Below are positions 48,631 to 62,000 of a stretch of DNA of 64,000 nt, in pieces. A model generated the notes under the pieces. The model was not told the DNA's origin and did not search any database. It saw only the letters and a list, made by a program, of their open reading frames with translations. The position numbers and the translations under genes were made by a program. Origin of the DNA: Piromyces finnis finn (Eukaryota > Fungi > Neocallimastigomycota); the NCBI GenBank assembly GCA_002104945.1, contig MCFH01000068.1, positions 186,001 to 250,000 of the forward strand, given 5' to 3'. Within the stretch, counting starts at the first letter, position 1. Every line of letters starts with the position of its first letter.

Positions 48631-49058
48631 AGAATACTAGAAATAACTAAATTGCCTTAGTAGTTAGTAGCTAAGACTTTGAGTGTGAATGACATTAGTT
48701 CGAGAACGCATAGATACTATTTTAAAAATTATAATTTTATTTTATTTTATTTTTAAATTTTATTTTATATGAAGATTATTGATTGGCTAAGAATTTTAAG
48801 TTGAAAAAATTTTATAAATTAATTTAAAAAATTTTTAGTATAAATACGAGTGAATTTTCCCAAATATTTTAAAAAATCGAGATTTTATTAATAAATAATT
48901 ATATTATTAAACACTAACTTATTAAGTTAAATTTTATGTGTTTTTAATAATATTTTTATAAATTAATAATTTACAGAATATTTTAAAGTGTTAATATTAT
49001 TAAGTTATTTAGTAAATATTATAATTTGTTTTTATTGTTAAAGACACATTTCTTTACA
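48631..49058 (+). mobile_element. Element V: B-related LTR with tRNA-like cassette; 5' tip displaced by Z
   Basis: GCCTTAGTAGTTAGTAGCTAAGAC...AGTTCGAG, TATAAATACGAGTGAA and the ...TTCTTTACA end all parallel family B. Confidence 0.75.
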
Positions 49059-49660
49059 ATAACTAAAATAATTATAATAATATTGAATATAATGAGTATA
49101 ATAGTAAATGGTTTCAATAGTTATAATAAAAACAACACATTGAATAATAATGCATTTAATAATGTCAGTAATGTCAATGTGAATAATATGAAGAATAACT
49201 TTAATGATAGTGATAACAGGAACGATATTAATAATAATTACCCTAATCAATTAAATTATAAATATTATAATAATTATTATAAAAAGAACTTACCAGAAAA
49301 TAATTACAATAAAGCAACCAAAATTAATTTAAACAATCCATCTGAATCAAATAATTTAAACTATGGGAGAAGGACAACTCCCAGTAATCAAACCAAGTTT
49401 GGCAATTCTTTTGATTCAAATGACGAAATAAATGAAAATATTATGTATGTTCATAATAATGAACTAAATGGGAATAATTATTTCTATGATAGTAATAATG
49501 TTAATTTTAACAACAACCATATTACTAATTTTATTTATAATGATACTACTAATAATAATAATAATAACAATTCTTATGATATTAATAACAATTCTTATAA
49601 TAATAATTATAATAATAATAATTATATATATGACAATAATACTTTTTTTTTTTAACGGCA
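49059..49660 (+). other. Asn/Tyr-rich open stretch, probably a low-complexity retroelement coding remnant
   Basis: Asn-rich frame like the C gag region; no domain recognised. Confidence 0.3.
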
Positions 49661-49846
49661 TCAAATATTTTAAACTTTATTATTAATTTAATTAAAATTA
49701 TAATACATGTAATATAAAAAATTAAAAATAAAAATAAAAATAAAAAAATATGTTTAAATAAACACAAATGAATAAAAAATGGGTATAATGTATTCTAGTA
49801 ATTTTAATTAAAGTAAGAAAGCCACTATTATACTAAGGTATAATAA

Positions 49847-52800
49847 TTTTATTTGACTTCCAATGGGACATAGAGCCAAAGATCAAAATTTTGTCATGGG
49901 ACAAAATTATGATCTCCATTGGTTGCGCTGGCCCTCCTGGCCTGTCTTACTGTTTCTTCAGCATTGACGCTCTTGGATGTTGCTTCAAACCTTTTGAACA
50001 TTGACCATTGCTGGCCAGTAGCAAAAGGCATGATTTTGGTTAGAAGTTCCGCGGTTACCGTCAAGAATGGTGTTCCTTCATTAGTACCAGATTGAATCTG
50101 ACACTTGCAAAGTTCTTTTCATTCCCTTGAATTGTAATTGATATTGTTAAAACTTCTTCCTCCAAGAAGGAATTTAAATATTTTACTGCACACACTAGAA
50201 TAATCATACACATTAATATTCACCGGATTATTAGAACTATTACTATTATTAATTAAATTACTATCTAAATTAGAATTATTATCATCACTATTGCTATCAT
50301 TACTAATATTATTATTTCTATTACTACTATTGTTATTATTACTATTGTTATTATTACTATTGTTATTATTACTATTGTTATTATTACTATTGTTACTATT
50401 ACTATTGTAATTATTATTACTACTATTATTATTATTATTAATATTATTACTATCTCTACTGATATTAACATTTTCATTATTATTGATAGGACTGTTGGAA
50501 TTACGTTGACTGAAAAAATTTAGTAGCTGGACTATGGAATCATAATGTTTAATACGGATATCTCTAAATGTTGGACAATCTAATAACCAATGTTTAATAC
50601 TTTGAACACCACACTTGCAACATGGACAGTAGTTAGGACAAACTGGATCAACAAATTTAGCAGCTTTGGCAACTCTAGCATCCAACTTGTATCCGCTTCT
50701 TGCTTTCAATAACCAGTAGAAGCCATAGGCAAACTCTGGGTACTCATAACATAACTTGATGAAATCTTTAGTTTCAATAAATTTATTATCATCATAATAT
50801 TGCGCTTTGATTGAATTCCCTTTGAGATCTTTCCAATAAAAGTTTTTAACTGCTTTAACATCTCCATGCTTCTTTAGTTTTTTATCAAGTGTCCTATTTG
50901 ATTTGCACCATGTATATTTTCTAAATTTAGGAATGTAATTGACAAGGTGTGAGATAATACAATTCGAGTTTTTCCATTTGTTAAAACATCTAACCTGAGC
51001 TAACGCACATTTGGCTGACAATGGAGGAATATTCAAATCTTTTGAGATAGAGTATAAAGATATAAACGATACAGCTTTATGAACTCCGGCAACCTATCGT
51101 ATTCCTTTGTTAACATGCTTCTGAGCAATCCTAGACCTAGCTTTGTTGGATCCAAGTAATGGTGCAAAGTATGAAACTCTGCTGATTACTTGTGAATTAA
51201 GTACTAGCTTTTTGAAGGGAATAGGAATATTAGGATTTCTTAAGAATTTACTGACTGAAAAAAGTCCTTTCAAAACTTTGTTATTAAGAGTTTTAATAAC
51301 TGGTTTAAGGGACAGATTCTTATCAAATGGAACACCAAGATAAGTATAACAATCAGTAGTTGGAATGGGTTGTCCTGTTAAGTAAAATGTTGGATCTCTC
51401 TTACTCTGATTTTCTATTGATTCAGGACGAATTACCATCGTTGAACATTTCTGGATACCAAATTCCATTTCATTATACAAGGCCTATTCATTAACTCTTC
51501 TAAGCATCTTTTTTAAGCATCCTCTTGTTGGAGCACAAATAACTATATCATCTGCAAAAAGTCCACCACAGCATCGAGTGTCACCTAAACTGACTCCTAG
51601 ATCTTCGCACTCTTTAAAAATATCATTAATAAAGAGATTAAAAAGAATAGGAGAAAGTGGGCAACCTTGACGGACTCCTTTCTTCACATCAAAAAATTTC
51701 GAGAATTTTCCATCTAATTTTGCATTAGCCTTAGATGTTAAATATAAATTTTTGATAAATTGTAAACTCTTACCTCGAATTCCTAAACAATCTAATTTAT
51801 GGAGAATATTACCGATTGGGACTGAATCGTATGCTTTCCTGAGATCTAAAAAGGCCAAATATGTCTCTTTATTATCTAATTGACATCTACGGCATATTTC
51901 TTGGATTGAAATGAAAAGACTGATACTTTCTTCCTTTTTTCGAAAACCAAATTGTTCAAGTCTAATGAAATTATTATTAAGACCATATTCTGAGATTCTA
52001 GTGGTGACAATTTTTGAAATCAACTTAATACCATTATTGATAAGTGATATACCTCGATAGTTAGCACAATCTGTCAAATCTCCCTTCTTAGGAATAGAAA
52101 CAATACTGGATTCATTCCATGAGTTGGGGAAGTCTCCATCCCAAATACGGTTGAATAATTTAAGAATAAAATTTAAACCATGAGCATCATTATCTGAAGT
52201 GGTATTGCCGGAAGAATTATTATCTGTAGCATTATTAGAATCATTACTTGATGGAATTAATGCTTTGTAAAATTCAATTGGAATACCATCCGGACCTGAT
52301 GCTTTACAATTTGGAGTAGAGAGGATAGCTGATTTGACTTCATCAATACTAATATCTTGGTTGATATCCCATTCATCAAGCATAGGAAGTGAAAAACGTT
52401 TATTCGTTGGTTCTTCATACCAATGCTCCAAATCAAGACTTACACCACTTGGATCTGATGCAAGCTTTTCGAAATGATCATGCCACACTTCTAGTTGTTC
52501 TTCTGTAGCAACAACTAATTCTCCATTTTTATTTTTAATTGGTTGAGCAATAAAGAAAGAATCTTTTCCAATTTTTGCAGTTTTCTTGATCCATTTCCAG
52601 GCCTTCTTAGGATTATGACTCTTCATATACTCACATCCTGTTTTAATCCAATGAAGATATTCTTGTTTCCTAAATTCATTACATCTTTTGTGGATGTAAT
52701 CAATGAGCTTACGGTAGATTTTAATTCTTTTAATAAATTCATCTATATCATAAATTCTTTCTTTTTTAAATCTCTTATACAACTTCATTTTGATTTTTTG

Positions 52801-55216
52801 AAGATTAAAAATTTGTTGTGAAATATGAAATGAAGACTTTATAACATTATTTGCTGAGGTAATACTGAGCTCGTCTGCAATTGAAAAAGCAGTTGAAGTA
52901 AACTCTTTGGAAAGTTCATCTGTAGAAACATTAGGATCGTTGAATTTTGCTGAAAGTATTTGGAATTTATTATGACTGAGAATAGATTCCTTTTCCTCAA
53001 TACATTTTAATCTATTCCATTTCAGAATTTTCTTAGGAACATTAAAGTCATTAGAAAAATCTTCCATAGGAATAATTTTACCATTAATAAGAAGTGGCTT
53101 ATGGTCTGATACAGGATAAAAATTATTTATAAATGATCCTGAGTGAATAAGATCTTTCATCTTCGAGTTGATAAGAGCATGGTCAATGTCGGAAGATTGA
53201 TCACCTCGAGTCCAAGAGATAGTAGACTCTCTAAGCGGAAGAATTTCCCAATCTCCTAATCCATTAGTTGATAACCAGTTGGATAATTTTACTTTAGACA
53301 TATTAAAATCACCAACAAGAATCGATGGATGGGATGAATGAGTTTGTAACCACAAGCGAACTTCTAACTTTGCATGATCAACATAGATGTTGTGATGACT
53401 ATGAGGCATATACACATTTCCAATCGAGCATTTGAATCTATTCCAGAGACTAAAAGTATAAATAGAAATAATATACTTTCCAGAGAAGTTTTCAAGTGAG
53501 GCTTGACACGAATTGTGAAAACCTAAATATAAACCTCTCATTCCAGGAACTGATTCGTCAGCTTTCTTGAAAAAGTGTCTATAGTTTCGCAAAGTAACAC
53601 GACAAGGATAATCTGTATTCGAACCAGAACCATTACCAGTTTCTTGGAAACATAAAAATAATGGTTTGAAAATAGCTGTGAAATAGCTAATACTATCTCT
53701 CTTTTCGTGATTCCACCCATTGGTGTTCCAACTAAGACAAAAAGAAAAGTTATCAGGCTTGTTGGATGAGGAAGAATTGTTGCTATTATTATTATTATTA
53801 AAGTCATCATTATTAATGGATGATGCATCAGAGGAATAAGTAGAACTATTACTAGATGGCTGTGAAACTGAAGAACTATCAACTATTGAACTGTTATCAG
53901 AGTTGATAGAACTATTAGAATTAATTGTTGAATGTTGAGATTGAAATTGTGTTTGCTGTAGATCTGGAATATTTTCATGATGGGAAACTTGTTGAAGATC
54001 TTGTTGAAGATCTTGTTGAAGATCGGATTGTTGATGAGATTGTTGAACTGATTGTTGATTTGATTATTGAATAAAATGTTGATGTTTATTAGAAACTAAA
54101 ATTTTACGTTTGAGCGTGGAAAAAGTGTATTTGTGATTCCTTCTACTACGAGTTGAAAAGGAAATTGAGGTAACTGAAAGTTTCTTCTTTAACATGTGTA
54201 AGATTTTAATACAATCTTTCGATGAACCATGAACCTTGACTAAGAAAAAGTGATCATTGAAAATCTGAAAATATTTAACACTAATAACTGAATTAAATTT
54301 ATCTTCTAGAATAACCTCGAGTTTTTCCCATAGCATATTAACTGACCATGATCGAATACCACGGATAAAGGAGCGAATATCATCTAAGGGGATACCATAA
54401 GACCGGGTACCACGTCTGATATAATTCTTATCTTTAATATAAAGGACTGACATGATAATTAATTCTAATTAAAAAATATTGAATATAAAATAAATACTAA
54501 TAAAAATTATAAATATAACGTATATGGAAAAAATCTGTCTCTCTCTTCTTAAAAGTACTGGATAGTACAAAAATTGTTACGATGCTTTGTTTAAAGTTTC
54601 TTTTTTTTTGAATTCTAGTTGTAAATTTTCTTTAAAAATTCTAGTTTTGGTTTGTTGTTAGTAAATTCGATTCGCTTTTTGACACTAAAATTGTTTGACT
54701 TTACTTTTCATTAAATATTTAAATTGGTAAAAAATTTGAATCAAGAATATCGACACCAGAAAGCTTGTGAATAGTATTTTTACATGATGTAGAGTGAATC
54801 AGTCTCTTACAAGAAACAATACAACAATAGCTACATGAATATAAAAATACAATGCAAATGCTAAAGTTGACTACATTGGATTCTTACAAGAGAAGAGTAG
54901 TACTACATGAATACATGAATAAAAGAAAAAATACAGCAACAAAATGTATTACTCTTCTAATTAAATACTATACAAACTTACTTGAATATCAAACATTCAA
55001 CTTATTCATCAAATACTTAAATTCGATGGATAAATGTTTTTTAATCACTCAGTACCATGAGCTTAGTCCTAATAATATTTCCAAATAAAGACTAACCAAG
55101 TATCCATTGCGCAATACTTGGATTTAATTCTTTCTACTCTCTCAGTACCATGAGTATGAGTAGAGCCCCTTGAGAATCTTCGTTTATTAAATATATGAAG
55201 ATACGTACCCAAGGAG
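49847..55216 (-). mobile_element. Full-length APE-type non-LTR retrotransposon (LINE), left copy
   Basis: One frame, 54453 to 49894, contains endonuclease (LSWNTNG, CFQET, VGDFN, SDH), RT (YRGISL, GVRQGCPLSP, FADD) and CPCC...HWLLDC. Short A-rich tail near 49847. Confidence 0.9.
49894..54453 (-). pseudogene. LINE single ORF (~1519 codons) with four in-frame stops
   Basis: Track ORFs 54064-54453, 51484-53592, 51094-51480 and 50119-51036 share one frame and are separated by single stop codons. Confidence 0.88.
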
Positions 55217-55389
55217 AACAATAATATGTTTATGATATTAAACACAATGATAATAATTATGATATTAATGATAATAATGATAACTATGTATATGATGAAA
55301 ATAACTATGATGTTTATGCTACTAATTATAATAATAATGATGAAAATATTTATAATATCAACGAATATAAATGTAACAATATTAATAAT

Positions 55390-55480
55390 ATTAATAAAGA
55401 CAATGAGGAATTCTCCTATATGCTGGTATTCTAAAAATAAACAATTATTGCAACTTCAACTAGTAAATTGTGATCTACGA
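55390..55480 (+). mobile_element. Ty1/Copia RNase H scrap
   Basis: NSPICWYSK(K)Q.IIATSTS resembles the Copia PISWxSKKQxxVAxST motif. Confidence 0.6.
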
Positions 55481-55900
55481 TCAGTATAAATATCAGAAAG
55501 TAATCCATGAGGTTTAAATCCATTTTTAATAAAAGCAGTAGCAGTTTGTTTAGCATCATGTATTTTCTCAAAAAGAACTAAATGAATCATTTTTGAAAAT
55601 CAATCAACAGTAACCATTAATACGATGTATCCTTTAGGATCAGGTAAACCAAATAAAAGTCAATTTCAACAGAACGCCATGGTATATCAGGTGTTTTTAA
55701 AGTTGTAAAGGTCCATATTTTTTTGTGTTTACCGAATTTATTTCTAGTAAAAATTTCACAATAATTATCAAATTTAGTTATATCTTTATAAACTTTTAGC
55801 CACAAATAGTTTCTAATAATTAATTCTTCAGTTCTCTTAATACCTAAATGGTCAGCAGCAGGTTTTTCACGGTATCGTAATAGTACTTCTAATATTGACG
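55480..55900 (-). pseudogene. Decayed Gypsy integrase fragment
   Basis: HLGIKRTEELIIRNYLW...C...PWRSVEIDF. Confidence 0.75.
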
Positions 55901-56948
55901 TAAAGATATATATATATATTAAATTCAAAAAAAATTGGTGGATAATGCCTAAATTATAGATAGAATATTTTATAATTTAAAACTCAATATATATTTTGTT
56001 ATGAATCTAAGTGTATTTAAATGAATTCAATCAATTAAAATCATTTTTTAAAAGTACAACACTTTTAAAATAATTTATCAAAATAAAATTAAAGAACAAC
56101 CAAAAAACTTGATTTTCAAAATTAATATTATATATAAATAAATACATAAACTTAAAGGACTCTTTAGAGTCACCAAAAACAATCAGAAAATAACCAAAAA
56201 ATCAAAAATTTCTATTATTTTATATTTATTTAGTTTATACTCTTTAGTAAGATACATATTTAAGTTATCTTTTTATAGTATATAATAATAAAATTATATC
56301 AAAGGAGTATTGAATGGAAAAAGTATTACTCTTATGTAGATTCCTATAAATTATTAAAAAATATAAAATGAAGTTTCTTTATAAGAGCTCATTAAGTAGA
56401 GTTACATGAAATTTCCACTAGTAAGTAAAAATTTTTCAAGGATTACAAATTTTTAAGTATTATTCTTTAACTTTGTAAATAAGAAAAATCGATTTAATAT
56501 CTTATATATAAAAATTGATGTCAAAAGGAAAGGTAATAATTTATTTTATAAAATGATAAAACTAATAAAGATTTTAGATATAATAAAAGGTAATTTTTTT
56601 AAACAAAAGTAAGTTAAATTTTTGTTTCTAAAATATTTATAAATAATAATTTTTTAAAATTCTATATTTTTATAATTTACAATTGTAAATCAAAATTAAA
56701 AAAATAGAAATTTATTTCAAATGTAATAAAAAATAAAAAAGGAAAAATTAAAAAAAAGTAAGAATTAAAGGTATATTAAAAACTAAACTTATTATTTGTA
56801 TAACTATTAACACAAAATATATAATAAACTAACCTTTTTTTAATAATTTATATAAAAATATAGTTATTCATATAATTAATTATTTATTATTAATAAGTTT
56901 TGAAAAGATTTAAACATAATAGTAAGTTTCATTTTTCTTATAAATAAA

Positions 56949-58424
56949 ATGATGAAATTTTATTTTAGTTTATTAATATTATTTAATATAGTTAATTTTA
57001 AATTAATAAAATGTAAAAATCTTATTGAGAATTTTCCAGAATTTAAAAGAATAAAATCTCAGCATTTATATATGATTACACCTCCAAATCAATGTAAATG
57101 TCATCATCAAACTATATTTTTTAGATATCCATCATTTATTAAACAAAATTTTCAAAGTTATAACATAACTGAGGTAACTATAAAAAAAAAAGAGTATTTT
57201 GTTAGTTCAGTTCAACATTTTGTTAAAGACATTAAATCAAAAAAGGGGTATAAATGTATAAAAGATGCTTTAAATAATAATAATGTTATACGTTTGTATA
57301 ATGACGTTGATTGTAATATCTATTGGAGATATAGTTATATTCGTAAATATTTACCTGCTAAAATAAGTAAACACCAAAGGTTAAATGGTTTTATTAATGG
57401 TTACGTTTTATCAAGGAAAGATCTTTTATATAATAATTATAAAATTATGAAAAAAAAATTTCCAAATGATTTTACATATATGCCGGAGACATATATATTT
57501 AAATCTTTAAAAGAATATAATGTAAAGTTTAAAGATTATCATATTTCAAAAGATAATTTATGGTTAGTTAAACCAAGATATTTATATGGAGGGAAAGGTA
57601 TATATTTTTTAAAAAATATTAATGAAGTAAAAAAGGGAAATATAATAACAAAATATATATCGAATCCTTTATTGATAAATAATAGGAAATTTGATATAAG
57701 ATTATATTTATTAGTTACAGGTCATAATCCTCTCAAAATTTATATATTTGATGAAGGATTAGTTAGATTATCATCTGAAGAATACAATTTGGATATAAAT
57801 GATTTGGATAATCGTTTTAAGCATTTAACTAATACTTCAATTAATAAAAAAAATAGAAAGAATAAAAAATTAACAATGTCAATTGCTGAAGCCAAAAAAT
57901 ATATTGAAGAATTTTATAAAATAAAATTTTCTAACATATGGGAAGGAATAAAGGATATAGCTATAAAAACAATTATTTCCATGAATAATATTGAAATAGA
58001 AAAAGAAAAAAAATATACATTAAATTCAAATAATTTATTCGAATTATATGGAATGGATATTATGGTTGATAGCAATTTTAAAACTTGGTTAATTGAAATG
58101 AATTGTAATCCAAGTTTATCTTATTTTCAAGCAGAAGAACATAATAAAATAATAAAATATAAACTTGTTCATGATTTGTTTAATATAATTGGTTTAGTTC
58201 CATATTCGCATATTACTGGTAAAGCATTAGAAAAGGAGTGTTATTATGATAATTCTATTGAGGAAGCTGTTGATCAATCCATTTGTGAATTTTTAAGACC
58301 TTTAGGAGGATTTGAACAAATATTTCCTACGAAAGAAAATATAAAATATTATATGAAATTTTTTAAAACCATTACGCCAAATAATCAAGCATTGTGGGAT
58401 AAAATTGATAAAGAAAAATTTTAA
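56949..58424 (+). CDS. Tubulin-tyrosine ligase / TTLL-family ATP-grasp protein, 491 aa, intronless, with a signal-peptide-like N-terminus
   Basis: WLVKP...GGKGI, KYISNPLLI..RKFDIRLY.LVT, ELYGMDIMVD and WLIEMNCNPSL are TTL-domain motifs. Confidence 0.9.
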   Translation: MMKFYFSLLILFNIVNFKLIKCKNLIENFPEFKRIKSQHLYMITPPNQCKCHHQTIFFRYPSFIKQNFQSYNITEVTIKKKEYFVSSVQHFVKDIKSKKGYKCIKDALNNNNVIRLYNDVDCNIYWRYSYIRKYLPAKISKHQRLNGFINGYVLSRKDLLYNNYKIMKKKFPNDFTYMPETYIFKSLKEYNVKFKDYHISKDNLWLVKPRYLYGGKGIYFLKNINEVKKGNIITKYISNPLLINNRKFDIRLYLLVTGHNPLKIYIFDEGLVRLSSEEYNLDINDLDNRFKHLTNTSINKKNRKNKKLTMSIAEAKKYIEEFYKIKFSNIWEGIKDIAIKTIISMNNIEIEKEKKYTLNSNNLFELYGMDIMVDSNFKTWLIEMNCNPSLSYFQAEEHNKIIKYKLVHDLFNIIGLVPYSHITGKALEKECYYDNSIEEAVDQSICEFLRPLGGFEQIFPTKENIKYYMKFFKTITPNNQALWDKIDKEKF

Positions 58425-58872
58425 GAAATTACAAGATATAAATTAATTTATATAATTTATTGAAAAATTTTACTTATTACTATTATATATATAATAAAAT
58501 ATTCTTAAATATTAATAAATAAAATTAATATGAATGAGAATATAAATAATTAATTGTAACAGTTCAAATAATAATTAAAAAACAAAATTACTTTACAAAA
58601 TAAAATTATATTTATAACTTTATAATAGGTACAATTTTAAATAATTACAACATTAATGAATTTTACATAAGATTTTTATTTAAGCAAAATGTATTGTTAA
58701 CTCAAATTATAAAAACTTACGTATATTTTTTAATAACAGAAATAGTAAAAATGTTATTTGTAAAAACATTAAAAGTAATTATATTTATTAAAATTATAAA
58801 GATGATAATTTTAACTTTTTAAATTTGAATATTCATTATTATGTTAAATAGTTAAATCTTTCATATTGTAAT

Positions 58873-59029
58873 AATTATCGTGGTATTTCTCTCATCAATA
58901 ATGTAGGTCCTAAAATCATTTCAAAAATTATAACTGATAGAATTTCAAAGTATACTCTTTCTCATAACTTTATAAGACCTGAGCAATTTGGTTTTTGCAA
59001 TAAAGAATATATTAGCATATTTTTTTCCA
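58873..59029 (+). mobile_element. Older diverged fragment of the same LINE family (RT N-terminus)
   Basis: NYRGISLINNVGPKIISKIITDRISKY...FIRPEQFGF versus NYRGISLINNGIKLISKIVTTRISEY...FIRLEQFGF in the young copy. Confidence 0.8.
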
Positions 59030-62000
59030 CTCCTTGGGTACGTATCTTCATATATTTAATAAACGAAGATTCTCAAGGGGCTCTACTCATACTCATGGTA
59101 CTGAGAGAGTAGAAAGAATTAAATCCAAGTATTGCGCAATGGATACTTGGTTAGTCTTTATTTGGAAATATTATTAGGACTAAGCTCATGGTACTGAGTG
59201 ATTAAAAAACATTTATCCATCGAATTTAAGTATTTGATGAATAAGTTGAATGTTTGATATTCAAGTAAGTTTGTATAGTATTTAATTAGAAGAGTAATAC
59301 ATTTTGTTGCTGTATTTTTTCTTTTATTCATGTATTCATGTAGTACTACTCTTCTCTTGTAAGAATCCAATGTAGTCAACTTTAGCATTTGCATTGTATT
59401 TTTATATTCATGTAGCTATTGTTGTATTGTTTCTTGTAAGAGACTGATTCACTCTACATCATGTAAAAATACTATTCACAAGCTTTCTGGTGTCGATATT
59501 CTTGATTCAAATTTTTTACCAATTTAAATATTTAATGAAAAGTAAAGTCAAACAATTTTAGTGTCAAAAAGCGAATCGAATTTACTAACAACAAACCAAA
59601 ACTAGAATTTTTAAAGAAAATTTACAACTAGAATTCAAAAAAAAAGAAACTTTAAACAAAGCATCGTAACAATTTTTGTACTATCCAGTACTTTTAAGAA
59701 GAGAGAGACAGATTTTTTCCATATACGTTATATTTATAATTTTTATTAGTATTTATTTTATATTCAATATTTTTTAATTAGAATTAATTATCATGTCAGT
59801 CCTTTATATTAAAGATAAGAATTATATCAGACGTGGTACCCGGTCTTATGGTATCCCCTTAGATGATATTCGCTCCTTTATCCGTGGTATTCGATCATGG
59901 TCAGTTAATATGCTATGGGAAAAACTCGAGGTTATTCTAGAAGATAAATTTAATTCAGTTATTAGTGTTAAATATTTTCAGATTTTCAATGATCACTTTT
60001 TCTTAGTCAAGGTTCATGGTTCATCGAAAGATTGTATTAAAATCTTACACATGTTAAAGAAGAAACTTTCAGTTACCTCAATTTCCTTTTCAACTCGTAG
60101 TAGAAGGAATCACAAATACACTTTTTCCACGCTCAAACGTAAAATTTTAGTTTCTAATAAACATCAACATTTTATTCAATAATCAAATCAACAATCAGTT
60201 CAACAATCTCATCAACAATCCGATCTTCAACAAGATCTTCAACAAGATCTTCAACAAGTTTCCCATCATGAAAATATTCCAGATCTACAGCAAACACAAT
60301 TTCAATCTCAACATTCAACAATTAATTCTAATAGTTCTATCAACTCTGATAACAGTTCAATAGTTGATAGTTCTTCAGTTTCACAGCCATCTAGTAATAG
60401 TTCTACTTATTCCTCTGATGCATCATCCATTAATAATGATGACTTTAATAATAATAATAATAGCAACAATTCTTCCTCATCCAACAAGCCTGATAACTTT
60501 TCTTTTTGTCTTAGTTGGAACACCAATGGGTGGAATCACGAAAAGAGAGATAGTATTAGCTATTTCACAGCTATTTTCAAACCATTATTTTTATGTTTCC
60601 AAGAAACTGGTAATGGTTCTGGTTCGAATACAGATTATCCTTGTCGTGTTACTTTGCGAAACTATAGACACTTTTTCAAGAAAGCTGACGAATCAGTTCC
60701 TGGAATGAGAGGTTTATATTTAGGTTTTCACAATTCGTGTCAAGCCTCACTTGAAAACTTCTCTGGAAAGTATATTATTTCTATTTATACTTTTAGTCTC
60801 TGGAATAGATTCAAATGCTCGATTGGAAATGTGTATATGCCTCATAGTCATCACAACATCTATGTTGATCATGCAAAGTTAGAAGTTCGCTTGTGGTTAC
60901 AAACTCATTCATCCCATCCATCGATTCTTGTTGGTGATTTTAATATGTCTAAAGTAAAATTATCCAACTGGTTATCAACTAATGGATTAGGAGATTGGGA
61001 AATTCTTCCGCTTAGAGAGTCTACTATCTCTTGGACTCGAGGTGATCAATCTTCCGACATTGACCATGCTCTTATCAACTCGAAGATGAAAGATCTTATT
61101 CACTCAGGATCATTTATAAATAATTTTTATCCTGTATCAGACCATAAGCCACTTCTTATTAATGGTAAAATTATTCCTATGGAAGATTTTTCTAATGACT
61201 TTAATGTTCCTAAGAAAATTCTGAAATGGAATAGATTAAAATGTATTGAGGAAAAGGAATCTATTCTCAGTCATAATAAATTCCAAATACTTTCAGCAAA
61301 ATTCAACGATCCTAATGTTTCTACAGATGAACTTTCCAAAGAGTTTACTTCAACTGCTTTTTCAATTGCAGACGAGCTCAGTATTACCTCAGCAAATAAT
61401 GTTATAAAGTCTTCATTTCATATTTCACAACAAATTTTTAATCTTCAAAAAATCAAAATGAAGTTGTATAAGAGATTTAAAAAAGAAAGAATTTATGATA
61501 TAGATGAATTTATTAAAAGAATTAAAATCTACCGTAAGCTCATTGATTACATCCACAAAAGATGTAATGAATTTAGGAAACAAGAATATCTTCATTGGAT
61601 TAAAACAGGATGTGAGTATATGAAGAGTCATAATCCTAAGAAGGCCTGGAAATGGATCAAGAAAACTGCAAAAATTGGAAAAGATTCTTTCTTTATTGCT
61701 CAACCAATTAAAAATAAAAATGGAGAATTAGTTGTTGCTACAGAAGAACAACTAGAAGTGTGGCATGATCATTTCGAAAAGCTTGCATCAGATCCAAGTG
61801 GTGTAAGTCTTGATTTGGAGCATTGGTATGAAGAACCAACGAATAAACGTTTTTCACTTCCTATGCTTGATGAATGGGATATCAACCAAGATATTAGTAT
61901 TGATGAAGTCAAATCAGCTATCCTCTCTACTCCAAATTGTAAAGCATCAGGTCCGGATGGTATTCCAATTGAATTTTACAAAGCATTAATTCCATCAAGT

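Noticed and set aside
49894-54453. RIP-like mutation signature from LINE stop codons
   Set aside because: Three of four inferred changes (CAA>TAA, TGG>TAG twice) fit a CpA context, but these are the commonest routes to stops anyway. E and F are undamaged, and no dinucleotide index was computed.
54852-55088. 78-aa ORF duplicated at 59158-59394 as a gene
   Set aside because: No recognisable motif, antisense to the LINE and within its 5' region; the duplication simply follows the inverted repeat.
49830-55230. TSD for the left LINE
   Set aside because: Only a loose A(T/C)AATAAT similarity in AT-rich sequence; not convincing.
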